Of a DNA stretch of 64,000 nt, positions 19,952 to 30,701 are shown piece by piece. Under the pieces are notes generated by a model. The model searched no databases, was not told the origin of the DNA, and worked only from the letters and a program-made list of their open reading frames with translations. A program made the position numbers and the translations under genes. The stretch comes from an uncultured Candidatus Binatia bacterium (GTDB lineage Bacteria > Desulfobacterota > Binatia > UBA9968 > CAXXLF01), in the NCBI GenBank assembly GCA_965218425.1, contig OZ244621.1, positions 3,648,001 through 3,712,000 of the forward strand, in the 5' to 3' direction. Within the stretch, counting starts at the first letter, position 1, and every line of letters starts with the position of its first letter.

Positions 19952-20549
19952 GTTCCTGATCCTGGACGGGATATTTCTTTTGCTGCTGGTGGTCACGTCG
20001 TTGATGGTACTCAAGGTGGGTGATCTCTTTTCTTCCACCATCCTGTTGGCCCTGTACAGTTTGCTCATGGCCCTTGTCTGGTTGAATCTAGACGCCGTTG
20101 ACGTGGCATTTACGGAGGCGGCCGTGGGGGGCGGAATCTCTACCATTCTGCTCATTGGAGTGATCATCCTGGTGGGACCTGAAGAGAAAAAGAACCGAGG
20201 TTCTTACGCTTTGCCCCTCCTGGTGGCGGTTCTAACCACCGCAGCTTTAATCTACGGGACCCTGGACATGCCCTCCTTCGGAAACCCAAAAGCGCCTCCA
20301 CAAATCCACGTGCGCCCGGAATATGTCGCGCAGACGGTGAAAAAAACAACCTCGAAACCGAATAGCGCCGGTCCGTCTGCTGACCAAAACTACTTCCACG
20401 GGCACGTACCGAACCTGGTGACCTCGGTGATCGTGAACTACCGTGCGTTCGATACGCTTTTCGAGGTGGCGGTAATCTTTACCGCCGGTCTAGGTCTCAT
20501 ACTATTACTGCGAGGTCGCGGATCCGGGGGAAGTGGAGGGCATGGGTGA
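19944..20549 (+). CDS. Mrp/Mnh subunit B N-terminal part (DUF4040 domain)
   Basis: A.DVAFTEAAVG.GIST, N.VTSV..NYRAFDTL.E. Confidence 0.88.
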   Translation: MTEFLILDGIFLLLLVVTSLMVLKVGDLFSSTILLALYSLLMALVWLNLDAVDVAFTEAAVGGGISTILLIGVIILVGPEEKKNRGSYALPLLVAVLTTAALIYGTLDMPSFGNPKAPPQIHVRPEYVAQTVKKTTSKPNSAGPSADQNYFHGHVPNLVTSVIVNYRAFDTLFEVAVIFTAGLGLILLLRGRGSGGSGGHG

Positions 20550-20986
20550 AAGATCAGGTTATCCTCCGCATCATTACAAAGATCAACCTCCCCTTTATGA
20601 TCGTATTTGGTTTCTACGTCATTGCCCACGGGGAGCTGGGTCCTGGAGGCGGATTTCAAGGTGGGATCATGTTGGCGTCCGGTTTCATTTTGTACGCCAT
20701 GGTGTACAGCGGCGAGGAGATGCGTAAAGTGGTCCCCAGGCGTCTGACGGACGCCCTGGCCTGCACGGGAGTTCTGCTTTATGCCGGTGTGGGAGTGTTT
20801 AGCCTTCTGGCCGGCCATAACTTCCTTGATTTTACACCGTTGAAACCATGGGACCACGCGGGCGCCGAATCCTGGGGAATGACTTTGGTGGAATACGGAG
20901 TGGGTATTACAGTGACTTCGGTGATGATCACTATCTTTAACGAGATTACCGAGGGAACGGTTTCGACCTCAGAGGGAGGCCGTTGA
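20546..20986 (+). CDS. mnhB: Mrp/Mnh antiporter subunit B
   Basis: HGE.GPGGGFQGG, VE.GVG.TV. Confidence 0.92.
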   Translation: MKDQVILRIITKINLPFMIVFGFYVIAHGELGPGGGFQGGIMLASGFILYAMVYSGEEMRKVVPRRLTDALACTGVLLYAGVGVFSLLAGHNFLDFTPLKPWDHAGAESWGMTLVEYGVGITVTSVMITIFNEITEGTVSTSEGGR

Positions 20987-21025
20987 GCAGCCCGCCGGAT
21001 TTTTCACCGATGGCTGGGGTGGACC

Positions 21026-21379
21026 ATGGATCTAGTGCTGGACCTTTACAACTATTGGATTTTCATTCTTCTGATGATGATCGGTTTGTATACGGTCATT
21101 TCACGACCCAACCTGGTTAAGAAGGCCATTGGACTGAGCCTCTTACAAACGGCTGTATTTTTGTTCTTTATCTCTCTGGGCAAGATCCAGGGAGGCTCCG
21201 CGCCAGTCCTGGCCCCAGGAGTGACCCTCTATTCCAATCCGTTGCCCCATGCATTGATTCTAACCGCAATTGTGGTCTCCGTTAGTACCCTGGCGGTGGC
21301 CCTGGCCATAATCGCCAATATCAAGGACTTCTATGGCACGGTGGAGGAGGACGAGGTGGAGAGCGCCGACCGGGTGTGA
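21026..21379 (+). CDS. mnhC: Mrp/Mnh antiporter subunit C
   Basis: NL.KK.IGL, NPLPHALILTAIVV. Confidence 0.93.
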   Translation: MDLVLDLYNYWIFILLMMIGLYTVISRPNLVKKAIGLSLLQTAVFLFFISLGKIQGGSAPVLAPGVTLYSNPLPHALILTAIVVSVSTLAVALAIIANIKDFYGTVEEDEVESADRV

Positions 21380-22884
21380 TGATAGATCAGCTGCCGGCTC
21401 TCATCGTAGTGTTACCGCTTGTGGCGGGGTTCCTTATGCCGTTCTTGGGGCGTGGGAACATGCCCTGGCTTCTTGCCATTCTTGCCACCTGGGCGGTGTT
21501 GGGACTTTCCATCACGCTCTTATTCCAGATTTACGGAGGCACTCAGGCCGGCGGATCGGCTGATGCCGTGATCAGTTACGCCATGGGAGGCTGGAAGATC
21601 CCGTGGGGAATTGAATACCGGGTGGACGCACTAAATTCCTTTATGTTGCTTGTTATCGCCCTGGTGTCGGCGGTGGTTACCGTTTATGCGCGTTTGAGCG
21701 TGGCGCAAGGCATACCCCGGGAGCGAATACGTTACTTTTATTCTCTGTGGCTCCTGTTCATCACCGGCCTGTTGGGTATCACCATCACCGGTGACGTTTT
21801 CAATGTCTACGTCCTGGTGGAGATCTCATCCCTAGCTGCCTATACCCTGGTGGCCATGGGAAAATACCACAACCGTCGGGCCCTGCCGGCCAGCATGAAT
21901 TATCTCGTTTTGGGGACCATCGGCGGGGTCTTTTTTCTCATAGGGGTCGGTTATCTCTACAGCGTGACCGGGACATTGAACATGATCGACCTTGCCGAAA
22001 AGATCAGAGGCTTGCATGACAACCGCACGGTGATTACCGCAGTTGCGTTTCTCTTGATTGGACTCGGCATAAAAATGGCGTTGGCTCCCCTCCATGGGTG
22101 GCTGCCTGGCGCCCACGGTTATGCCCCGCCCATTGTCTCCGCAGCGCTTTCCGGCGTGGCCATAAAAGTCGCAGCCTATGTCATGATTCGTTTCATATTT
22201 ACCATACTGGGAGTTGAGTTCAGCCTCGAAAAAATGCCCACGAGAACCATTCTGCTGGCCTGCGCCTGCGTTGGGATTCTAGGTGGTTCCTACATGGCGA
22301 TTCACCAATCCACACTCAAACGCATCCTGGCCTATTCCAGTGTCGCACAAATCGGTTACATCACCCTTGGATTTGCCCTTGCAAATGAGCAAGGACTGAC
22401 GGGCTCTCTTATTCATATCTTTAATCATGCTTTGATGAAGAGCGGTCTGTTCCTCGCGGCGGGGATCGTGGTCTACCGTTTGGGAGACACCGACCTCTCA
22501 AATTTACGGGGATTGGGCCATAAGATGCCATGGACGGCCGCCGCGGTAACTGGCGGTGGTTTAGGACTCATCGGCGCTCCCCTGACGTCAGGGTTCGTAA
22601 GCAAGTGGTTTCTTGTCACCGGGGCATTGGATCGTGGATTGCTGACCCTGGCGGCTGTCGTACTTCTTGGATCGTTGCTTGCGGTCATCTATGTATGGCG
22701 CATTGTCGAGGTGATGTACTTCCAACCCCCTCAGGAGGGGGAGCCGGAAGTGAAAGAGGCCCCATGGTCGCTGGTTCTGCCCACTTGGGTTTTGATCGGT
22801 GCCAGCTTGTACTTTGGAATCGATACTTCCCTGTCCTTTCACCTGGCCAATGGAGCAGCCCGAGCCTTGCTGGGAATGGGATGA
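21376..22884 (+). CDS. mnhD: Mrp/Mnh antiporter subunit D
   Basis: W..P.GIE..VD.L, D.FN.YV.VEI, K.AL.PLH.WLP.A, KRILAYSSV.QIGYI. Confidence 0.92.
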   Translation: MMIDQLPALIVVLPLVAGFLMPFLGRGNMPWLLAILATWAVLGLSITLLFQIYGGTQAGGSADAVISYAMGGWKIPWGIEYRVDALNSFMLLVIALVSAVVTVYARLSVAQGIPRERIRYFYSLWLLFITGLLGITITGDVFNVYVLVEISSLAAYTLVAMGKYHNRRALPASMNYLVLGTIGGVFFLIGVGYLYSVTGTLNMIDLAEKIRGLHDNRTVITAVAFLLIGLGIKMALAPLHGWLPGAHGYAPPIVSAALSGVAIKVAAYVMIRFIFTILGVEFSLEKMPTRTILLACACVGILGGSYMAIHQSTLKRILAYSSVAQIGYITLGFALANEQGLTGSLIHIFNHALMKSGLFLAAGIVVYRLGDTDLSNLRGLGHKMPWTAAAVTGGGLGLIGAPLTSGFVSKWFLVTGALDRGLLTLAAVVLLGSLLAVIYVWRIVEVMYFQPPQEGEPEVKEAPWSLVLPTWVLIGASLYFGIDTSLSFHLANGAARALLGMG

Positions 22885-22885
22885 G

Positions 22886-24349
22886 ATGAGCACAACCGGT
22901 TCACTACTCGCCTTAACGCTTTTTTTACCCTTCTTGGGTTCTGGCCTGGTGGTGGCATTCGGCCCCTGGCCAAACCTGCGCGAATCTGTAAATCTCCTCA
23001 TCGCCGCCTGTCTCCTGGGGACCGTGGTAACCCTCTTTCCCCAGGTGGGGTTGAAAGAGCCCCTCGCCTTCACCCTTATCCAAATTATGCCAGGATTGCA
23101 GTTGGCCTTGGCGTTGGAACCCCTGGGAATGCTTTTTGCCACGGTGGCTTCAGGCCTTTGGATCGTTACAGCGGTATACTCCATCGGTTACATGCGAGCC
23201 CATCACGAACAAAATCAGACGCGGTTTTTCGCCTGCTTTGCCATGGCCATTGGGGCCGCCATGGGGATTGCCTTTGCGGCCAATGTCTTCACCTTGTTCA
23301 TTTTCTACGAAATCATGACCCTGGTCACATATCCCCTGGTGACTCACCACGGGACCAATGAGGCAGTGCGTGCGGGAAGAATTTATCTCGGTTATCTCTT
23401 TAGTACTTCCATAGGTTTTTTCCTTTTGGCCATTGTCTGGACCTGGATCTTGACGGGCACTCTCGAATTCAGGCCGGGGGGTATTCTCGCGGGCAAGGCG
23501 AGCAACGGCGTCCTTGGGGTGCTGCTGGCCCTCTACGCCTTTGGGATTGGAAAGGCGGCCCTGATGCCTTGCCATCGCTGGTTGCCTGCGGCCATGGTGG
23601 CACCGGCACCGGTCAGCGCGTTGCTCCATGCCGTGGCCGTGGTCAAGGCAGGTGTGTTTTCCATTTTAAAGATCATCGTTTATATCTTCGGGCTCGATAT
23701 GCTCAAGGAAACCGGAATGAGCGTGTGGCTCATGTATGTGGCGTCCGGGACCATCCTCATTGCCTCCCTCATTGCCCTCACCAAGGATAATCTTAAGGCT
23801 CGTCTCGCCTATTCCACCATCAGTCAGTTATCCTATGTGATCCTGGGTGCGGCTCTGGCCAATACGTGGGGCGTTGTGGGGGCGGCCATGCACATCGTGA
23901 TGCATGCCTTTGGTAAAATCACACTTTTTTTCTGTGCCGGGGCCATTGACGTGGCCTCCCGCAAGAAACAGATCAGCGAGATGACCGCCATTGGGAAAAC
24001 CATGCCCATCACCATGGTCGCGTTTCTGGTGGCTTCCTTGAGCATCATCGGTCTGCCACCTATGGGAGGGTCCTGGAGCAAATGGTACCTCATCATGGGG
24101 ACCCTGGGCGCTAACCACGCCATTTTAGCTGTGGTGCTGATGGTGAGTTCGCTCCTTAATATTGCCTACCTCATGCCGGTGGCGATTCGGGCCTTCTTTG
24201 TTGCTCCCACTACTGGGGCGACCAATGAGACGAGTATCCACGAGGCCCCATTGGCGTGCGTCGTTGCCCTGTGTATTACCTCCATTGGATGCGTGGCCCT
24301 ATTCTTTTTCGCAGACGTTCTATATGAATTTCTAAGCAGGATTGTTTGA
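22886..24349 (+). CDS. Second Mrp D/A-like proton-translocating membrane subunit
   Basis: GKAALMP.H.WLP.AMVAP.PVSALLHAVAVVKAG, LKARLAYST.SQLSY, HAFGKITLFF.AG. Confidence 0.9.
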   Translation: MSTTGSLLALTLFLPFLGSGLVVAFGPWPNLRESVNLLIAACLLGTVVTLFPQVGLKEPLAFTLIQIMPGLQLALALEPLGMLFATVASGLWIVTAVYSIGYMRAHHEQNQTRFFACFAMAIGAAMGIAFAANVFTLFIFYEIMTLVTYPLVTHHGTNEAVRAGRIYLGYLFSTSIGFFLLAIVWTWILTGTLEFRPGGILAGKASNGVLGVLLALYAFGIGKAALMPCHRWLPAAMVAPAPVSALLHAVAVVKAGVFSILKIIVYIFGLDMLKETGMSVWLMYVASGTILIASLIALTKDNLKARLAYSTISQLSYVILGAALANTWGVVGAAMHIVMHAFGKITLFFCAGAIDVASRKKQISEMTAIGKTMPITMVAFLVASLSIIGLPPMGGSWSKWYLIMGTLGANHAILAVVLMVSSLLNIAYLMPVAIRAFFVAPTTGATNETSIHEAPLACVVALCITSIGCVALFFFADVLYEFLSRIV

Positions 24350-24366
24350 TTTCGTGAAGCACAGAA

Positions 24367-24615
24367 ATGCTTAGCGAGAAAAAGTATTGGCTCGATGAGC
24401 CCCGCAACGTAGACAAGATCTTCTGGGGACTCTGTGCGGTTTGCGTGGGATTGACGCTCCTGGATCTCTTCTACCACAAGCATGTTCACTTCTCTTGGGA
24501 GCACTGGTTTGGCTTCTATGGGTTCTATGGTTTCGTTTCGTGCGTTGGATTGGTTGTCCTGGCCAAACAGTTGAGAAGAGTGCTCAAGCGCGGGGAAGAC
24601 TACTATGACCATTAA
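24367..24615 (+). CDS. Small two-TM membrane protein of the Mrp operon
   Basis: Two hydrophobic helices, GFYG.YGF.SC, R.EDYY C-terminus; overlaps the next gene. Confidence 0.75.
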   Translation: MLSEKKYWLDEPRNVDKIFWGLCAVCVGLTLLDLFYHKHVHFSWEHWFGFYGFYGFVSCVGLVVLAKQLRRVLKRGEDYYDH

Positions 24616-26287
24616 TCTACCCCCAGGGCTGATCATCATTGTAGGCGCGTTGCTCGTTCCTCTCTTCCGGGGCCGCGGGCAAGCCCTTTACATGCTTGCC
24701 TTGCCCCTTCTTAGTTTTGTTCAACTATTGGTGCTGCCCCATGGAGAATTCGGTCAGGTTGCGTTCCTGAGTTATACCCTGACAACCATTCGAGTGGATG
24801 CCCTCAGCCTGGTATTCGGGATCATTTTTCATATCGCGGCATTTTTAAGTGTCCTTTACGCCCTTCACGTGAAGGATTCGGTACAGCATGTGGCTGGGCT
24901 CATCTACGCGGGGAGCGCCATCGGAGCCGTGTTCGCCGGTGACCTGGTTAGCCTGTTCGTTTACTGGGAACTGACAGCGGTTTCATCGGTATTTTTAATA
25001 TGGGCGCGCAGAACCGAGAGGTCCTATGAGGCGGGCATGCGCTACCTTATCATTCAGGTGGCCTCGGGCCTGCTCTTACTTGTGGGTGTGATTTTCCACG
25101 CCCAGAAAACCGGCGCTATCACCTTTGGCTTCTTAGGTCTAGACGGATTGGGCTCGCAACTTATTTTCCTTGCCTTTGGGATCAAATGCGCCTTCCCGTT
25201 GCTTCACAACTGGCTCCAGGACGCTTACCCCGAGGCTACCGTTACGGGCACCGTCTTCTTGAGCGCCTTTACCACAAAACTAGCCGTATATGCCTTGGCC
25301 CGTGGGTATCCGGGGACCGAAGTTCTGATCTGGACCGGCGCCATTATGACCGCATTTCCCATCTTCTATGCGGTGATAGAAAACGACCTCCGGCGTGTAT
25401 TAGCCTATAGTTTGAATAACCAGCTTGGATTCATGGTGGTTGGAATCGGAATCGGCACAGAATTGGCGCTCAACGGTACCGTTGCCCACGCGTTTTCCCA
25501 TATCATTTACAAAGCGCTTTTGTTCATGTCCATGGGAGCCGTATTGTTCCGAACCGCAACCATCAACGGTTCGGAACTGGGGGGACTGTACAAATCCATG
25601 CCCTATACGACTTTCTTCTGCGTCGTCGGGGCGGCTTCCATTTCAGCCTTTCCCCTTTTCAGTGGTTTTGTGAGCAAATCCCTTATCATGACATCAGCGG
25701 CGGACGGAGGGTTTGTCTGGGCCTATTTAATCTTGTTATTTGCCTCGGCGGGTGTATTTCACCACTCCGGAATCAAAATTCCTTTCTTCGCGTTTTACGC
25801 CCATGATTCGGGTATCCGTTGCAAGGAAGCCCCTTGGAACATGCTCCTTGCAATGGGTATTGCCGCATTTTTATGTGTTGCAATCGGAGTCTATCCCGGG
25901 CCGCTATATCAGTTGCTGCCATACCCAGTCGATTATGTTCCATATACCACGACCCACGTAATCACCCAGCTTCAACTCCTCCTGTTTTCCGCTCTGGCCT
26001 TTGCCGTGCTAAAGCGCACAGGCATCTATCCGGCGGAGCTGAAGGCGACAAACCTCGATACCGATTGGTTTTACCGGGGATTGCCAAAACTCATGTGGAC
26101 AGCGGTGGGCGCCCCTTTAGCTACAGGACTTGGTTCTGTCCGCAATGGAATAACCAAGCGGGTCTCTCAGTTCACCATCCTTTTCCCAAAGCCACTGGAA
26201 GTCAGCCAAATGGTTCTTTTGATTGTGCTCTTGCTCTTTATTTTTTTGGTAGTCGACTTCTGGCAGTACTGGCAGTCCCGGCAATAG
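24605..26287 (+). CDS. Third Mrp D/A-like membrane subunit
   Basis: P.LHNWL.DAYPEAT, LSAFTTK, ENDLRRVLAYS, HI.YKALLFM. Confidence 0.9.
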   Translation: MTINLPPGLIIIVGALLVPLFRGRGQALYMLALPLLSFVQLLVLPHGEFGQVAFLSYTLTTIRVDALSLVFGIIFHIAAFLSVLYALHVKDSVQHVAGLIYAGSAIGAVFAGDLVSLFVYWELTAVSSVFLIWARRTERSYEAGMRYLIIQVASGLLLLVGVIFHAQKTGAITFGFLGLDGLGSQLIFLAFGIKCAFPLLHNWLQDAYPEATVTGTVFLSAFTTKLAVYALARGYPGTEVLIWTGAIMTAFPIFYAVIENDLRRVLAYSLNNQLGFMVVGIGIGTELALNGTVAHAFSHIIYKALLFMSMGAVLFRTATINGSELGGLYKSMPYTTFFCVVGAASISAFPLFSGFVSKSLIMTSAADGGFVWAYLILLFASAGVFHHSGIKIPFFAFYAHDSGIRCKEAPWNMLLAMGIAAFLCVAIGVYPGPLYQLLPYPVDYVPYTTTHVITQLQLLLFSALAFAVLKRTGIYPAELKATNLDTDWFYRGLPKLMWTAVGAPLATGLGSVRNGITKRVSQFTILFPKPLEVSQMVLLIVLLLFIFLVVDFWQYWQSRQ

Positions 26288-26311
26288 AAGGGGTGGCCAT
26301 CGATTTACGAT

Positions 26312-27337
26312 CTAGAAGGTCCCTCCCAGTCGAAACAGCACGAAAAGGCCCACGAAGTAAACGATCGCCAGAATGATGCTGTCGGGCTCGAGGAGGTACC
26401 ACCGCTTTTCTCTGCGGAAAATAACGCCCATGATGCCGATGCTCATAAGAATAATCGCCAACAGTCCGGCTATGGTCTGAGTTGATCCAACGCTTTGGAG
26501 CAAGGAGCCTTTGGAGTAGGCGATATCGGTGGGAAAAACCAGCATCATATTGAAGGCGTTACTGCCGAAGAGGTTCCCCACTGCCAGGTCGTAGGCCCCC
26601 AGGCGAACTGCGGCAAGGGAGGTGACCATCTCTGGGAGTGACGTGGTCAGGGCCACCAGTGAGGCTCCGATGAAAGTTGTGCCGATGCCGGTGATGTCAG
26701 CAATGCTCTTGGCGGACTTGGCGAGAAGGGGGGCGAAGATAATGATGGTCACCGCGGCGGCGGCGAAGAGCAGACTGGCACGTTTGAGGGACATTGAGTC
26801 ATCTGCAGTGGAAACTTTCGTTTCAGACCCGGAGCTATTCTGAGTTTCAGTCTCGTACTGGAGAATAAAACGGAGACCAAAAACGTATAATGCGGCGATC
26901 AGCATGGTATCCCAACCCAACCGCCCAAAAAATGCAGTATCCAGATCTGCGATAATAAAGAGCGCCACAAAGGCTGCTAACATAATGGCCAGGCCTGCTA
27001 TCAAAATCTGGGAATAGGACACGCTGTGCCAGACCTTTGCTTCTCGGTTCAGGAGATCTACCAGCGCCAAGGTGAACATGTTCAGCATGCAGGCGCCGTA
27101 AAGATCTCCCAGGGCCAGGTCGGGTGCATCCACCCAGGTCACGGCACTGATGCAAGTGAGGCCCTCGGGGAGAGACGTGGCGCCAGCCAATAGCAGGGCC
27201 CCGATCCATATTCGTCCTAGGCCCGTGAGGTCTGCCAGTAAGTCGCCGTACTTCGATAGTTTTGTGCCGGCAACAACGATGACTACGGCACTCGCTAAGA
27301 ACGTCAGTAATGCGGTTTGAAGCGTGAATTCTCCCAA
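26312..27337 (-). CDS. Ca2+/cation antiporter (CaCA, YrbG-like)
   Basis: Two alpha repeats (ATSLPE, TTSLPE), GNLFGSN.FN. Confidence 0.92.
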   Translation of the reverse strand: MGEFTLQTALLTFLASAVVIVVAGTKLSKYGDLLADLTGLGRIWIGALLLAGATSLPEGLTCISAVTWVDAPDLALGDLYGACMLNMFTLALVDLLNREAKVWHSVSYSQILIAGLAIMLAAFVALFIIADLDTAFFGRLGWDTMLIAALYVFGLRFILQYETETQNSSGSETKVSTADDSMSLKRASLLFAAAAVTIIIFAPLLAKSAKSIADITGIGTTFIGASLVALTTSLPEMVTSLAAVRLGAYDLAVGNLFGSNAFNMMLVFPTDIAYSKGSLLQSVGSTQTIAGLLAIILMSIGIMGVIFRREKRWYLLEPDSIILAIVYFVGLFVLFRLGGTF

Positions 27338-27512
27338 GATGTTCTTTCTCAGGCTGAAAAAAGCTTGAACCGCATTTTATAACGTTTCTTCGGTGAAATT
27401 GCAAAAAAAAAGGTTAGGAATAATGGTTGACAGGGAGGTTTGTTCCCCATATGCTTTGAGGGCGATCATTTCAGTCTTCAATTCAAGGATTGCTTTGGAC
27501 CGTTCGCCATTT

Positions 27513-28940
27513 ATGGGTGACATGGAGGACATAGCCGATCCCCTGACCATCATCTCGAACCGCGCTCCCTACGAACTCAGAAAAAGAGCAGGAAAAGCCT
27601 CCTATGAAAAAACCGTTGGTGGTTTGGTTTCTGTTCTGGACGAAATCATGTGTCGGGGTGGCGGCACCTGGGTGGCATGGGGAGAGGCCGCAGGCACAGT
27701 TGAACGGGTGAAAGTCCCGGTGGAAGATCCCAAATACTCTATAAAATTGATTCAGCTTACCGACCAAGAGGTAAGGAATTATTACCAGGGGTTCTCCAAT
27801 CGAGTCCTATGGCCCCTGTCCCACTATTTCCTGGATCGATGTCACTTTCGCTTCGAGTACTGGAAGGCCTATGAGAGTGTTAATCATAAGTTCGCCCAAG
27901 CCTACACCTCGGAGGGTCGAAGCGAGGGCAGTATCTGGATTCACGACTTCCATTTAACGCTGCTTCCCGGTCTGATTCGAGGGGAAAACCGGGATCAATC
28001 CATTGGTTTTTTTTGGCACATTCCGTTTCCTTCCTCTCCGGTATTCAGGGTGCTGCCGTGGCGCAAGGAAGTCCTCCACGGCCTATTAGGAAGCGACTTG
28101 ATTGGCTTTCAACTCCACGCCCACGCCGACAATTTCCTTCAATCCGTGGAGGACGTCCTCGGGCTAGCGGTGGACCGAGAAAATTATCTGATTGAATATC
28201 AGGGCCGTACCGTCAAAGTGGGGGCTTTCCCCGTAGGAATTGATTACCAGAGATGGAATCGCTTGGCCGCGAATCCTACAAATCAAGAAAAGGCCTTGCA
28301 GATCCGTCGGGAAGTGGGCGGTCAATACCTTCTTGTGGGTGCGGATCGACTGGACTATACCAAGGGGATTCTGGAGAGACTACTTGCTTATGAGCGCTTT
28401 TTAGAAAAATATCCCGAATACCACGGGAACGTGTGCTTGATGCAGATCGCCGTCCCCTCGCGCACACGTGTGGAGGAATACATAAGGCTTAGACGCAGCA
28501 TTGATGAAACCATCGGCCGCATCAGTGGGCGATTTAGCACCCGAAAGTGGGTTCCAGTGCGTTATCTCTTTAAGGCCTTTCCCACCGAGGAGCTGGTGAG
28601 CTACTACTCAGCGGCGGATGTGGCCATGATCACACCCCTCAGGGATGGAATGAATCTGGTAGCACAGGAGTACGTGGCATCCAGGGCGCGGGACGACGGC
28701 AGCCTCATTCTCAGTGAATTCGCCGGAGCCGCTGGGATCCTAACAGACGCAATCATAGTGAACCCTTATAACCTTGAAGACTTGGCCGATACGATACATC
28801 GATGTCTAGCCATGTCAGAGAGTGAAAAACAAAGCCGAATGCAAGGCCTCCGACGATCCGTCAAAACCAATGACGTTTATCGGTGGTGCCAAAGCTTTCT
28901 CCAGACCCTTACCCGAGCCCCCGTGCCGGTGCAAAACTGA
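27513..28940 (+). CDS. otsA: GT20 trehalose-6-phosphate synthase-like enzyme; start uncertain (27513/27522)
   Basis: SNRAP, GGLV, YY.GFSN..LWPL.H, WIHDFHL, FFWHIPFP, DRLDYTKGI, RDGMNLVA.EY, LILSEFAGAA. Confidence 0.85.
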   Translation: MGDMEDIADPLTIISNRAPYELRKRAGKASYEKTVGGLVSVLDEIMCRGGGTWVAWGEAAGTVERVKVPVEDPKYSIKLIQLTDQEVRNYYQGFSNRVLWPLSHYFLDRCHFRFEYWKAYESVNHKFAQAYTSEGRSEGSIWIHDFHLTLLPGLIRGENRDQSIGFFWHIPFPSSPVFRVLPWRKEVLHGLLGSDLIGFQLHAHADNFLQSVEDVLGLAVDRENYLIEYQGRTVKVGAFPVGIDYQRWNRLAANPTNQEKALQIRREVGGQYLLVGADRLDYTKGILERLLAYERFLEKYPEYHGNVCLMQIAVPSRTRVEEYIRLRRSIDETIGRISGRFSTRKWVPVRYLFKAFPTEELVSYYSAADVAMITPLRDGMNLVAQEYVASRARDDGSLILSEFAGAAGILTDAIIVNPYNLEDLADTIHRCLAMSESEKQSRMQGLRRSVKTNDVYRWCQSFLQTLTRAPVPVQN

Positions 28941-28968
28941 CACCCAAGAGGCGAAGGCTTCCATTTTA

Positions 28969-30618
28969 TTACCCTAGTTTCTGCATCAGTGCCGAAACGC
29001 CTACTATTAGGACAACGTAGAAACCCAACACGCCATAGACTGCCGGCCAGTTGATACGACTCGGCTCCTCTGGTTCCAATGCAACCTCTTTAGTCCCCTG
29101 TGTTTCCCAAGCAGAAACTAATCCGGCAATGACCACAGTGGTCAGGAACCCGGTGAGATTCCACCAGAGCCACGAAATGGAAATAAGCTGCGCCCACCAT
29201 TGTAGAAAAAACAGGCCGATGTTTGTCATCGCACCTGAGATAATTCCAATCTTCGTGGCCCTAGGGCCGGCCCAGCCCGTCAACATCCCAAGAAGAAACG
29301 CTGCCAGTATAGGCCCATAGAGAATGCTTCCAATGGCGTTGATCAGGACAATGGTGGTCTGGCGGGTGGCCTCGGGTGTGGCCGCAAACAGCAGGGCCAC
29401 TCCGACACAGAAGACGCCCCAAAGCAGGGTGAAGGCCTTCGATGCAATGAAATAGTGCCGTTCGCTGGCGTCTTTGTTCCAGTAACGCTGATAAAAATCG
29501 CGTATGGTCACAGCACTCAAGGAATTGAGCGCTGAATCTAAACTGGACATTAGGGCGGAGAGGATAGCCACGAAAATGAACCCGATCACCCCGTGGGGAA
29601 GGTAAGATAAGATGAATAGAGGGACCATACGGTCTGGATCCCGTTGAAGTGTGACGGTTACGGTTTCGGGAGAACTCCCTATTGCAATAGCGGCACGCCC
29701 CAGGAACTCGGGGGTTGTAACCACCGCTCCTACAAAAACTCCCATCATGCAATAGAGGAGGACCAGGGGGAAGCGACCAAATGCATTTACCAGAAGCGAC
29801 TTTTTGACGTCGTCGATTTTCCCTACGGTTAGCTCCCTCTGAACCTGGCTCTGATCGCATCCATAGTAGGAAGCATAAAGAAAGAACCCGCCAAGGATCA
29901 TGGGCCAGAAGGCGTAGGTCCCTGCCGGGCTTAGCCCCAGGTGTTGAAAATCCAAAACCCGAAGGCGAGCCGGTTCCATGTTTGCCCAGGCCGTGTCCCA
30001 ACCCACGAAGCTAAGGGCCACGCCGCCACAAACTAGGATTCCGATCAAAATGATAAACATTTGAATTACGTCGCTTAGGATCACGACCCGGATGCCGCCG
30101 AGAATATCGTAAAGGATGGTTACCAAGCTGATGGCGATAATTGCCGCGGGTGTTGAAATGCCGAGCACGGTGGAAAGGATGAGCCCACCGGCCAGCACGG
30201 TCACGGCCGTGGCCAAGCCCCGTCCAATCTGAAAGAGAAGGCTGACCAGGGTGCGAGTTCCCGCATCAAAACGGGCCTCGAGGTACTCATAGATGCTGAT
30301 GACACCGGCGCGATGAAAAGTGGGAAGGATGACGACCATGACCAAGATAAGGGCTAAAGGGACTCCAAATTCATAGGCAAGCCATTTCAATCCGCCGCCA
30401 TCTTTGAGCACCACAAAGGCCGGAGCGGAAACGAAGCTTACGGCCCCCAGTTGAGTTGCCATGGTGGAGAGGCCGGATTGCCACCAACGAACGGTTCTGC
30501 CCCCAAGGAAGTAATCGTGCATTGTGTTCTGGGAGCGGCCCAATAAAAACCCCGCTCCTAGAATGAAAAAGACATAGAGCGCAATGACTCCCCAGTCGAG
30601 AAAATTCATTCCATGCAC
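28969..30618 (-). CDS. Sodium:solute symporter (SSS) family protein
   Basis: YFLGGR, SIYEYLE.RF, GG.R.VI.SD..Q, YG.DQSQVQR, A.MSSLDS.LNSL. Confidence 0.92.
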   Translation of the reverse strand: MHGMNFLDWGVIALYVFFILGAGFLLGRSQNTMHDYFLGGRTVRWWQSGLSTMATQLGAVSFVSAPAFVVLKDGGGLKWLAYEFGVPLALILVMVVILPTFHRAGVISIYEYLEARFDAGTRTLVSLLFQIGRGLATAVTVLAGGLILSTVLGISTPAAIIAISLVTILYDILGGIRVVILSDVIQMFIILIGILVCGGVALSFVGWDTAWANMEPARLRVLDFQHLGLSPAGTYAFWPMILGGFFLYASYYGCDQSQVQRELTVGKIDDVKKSLLVNAFGRFPLVLLYCMMGVFVGAVVTTPEFLGRAAIAIGSSPETVTVTLQRDPDRMVPLFILSYLPHGVIGFIFVAILSALMSSLDSALNSLSAVTIRDFYQRYWNKDASERHYFIASKAFTLLWGVFCVGVALLFAATPEATRQTTIVLINAIGSILYGPILAAFLLGMLTGWAGPRATKIGIISGAMTNIGLFFLQWWAQLISISWLWWNLTGFLTTVVIAGLVSAWETQGTKEVALEPEEPSRINWPAVYGVLGFYVVLIVGVSALMQKLG

Positions 30619-30701
30619 CTCTTTTGGTACTTAAACACTAGAATTGCACTCACTGTCAATCCCCCCTTGTCGTCACGGGCGGCTTTGGGTAGTCTAAAGT
30701 T

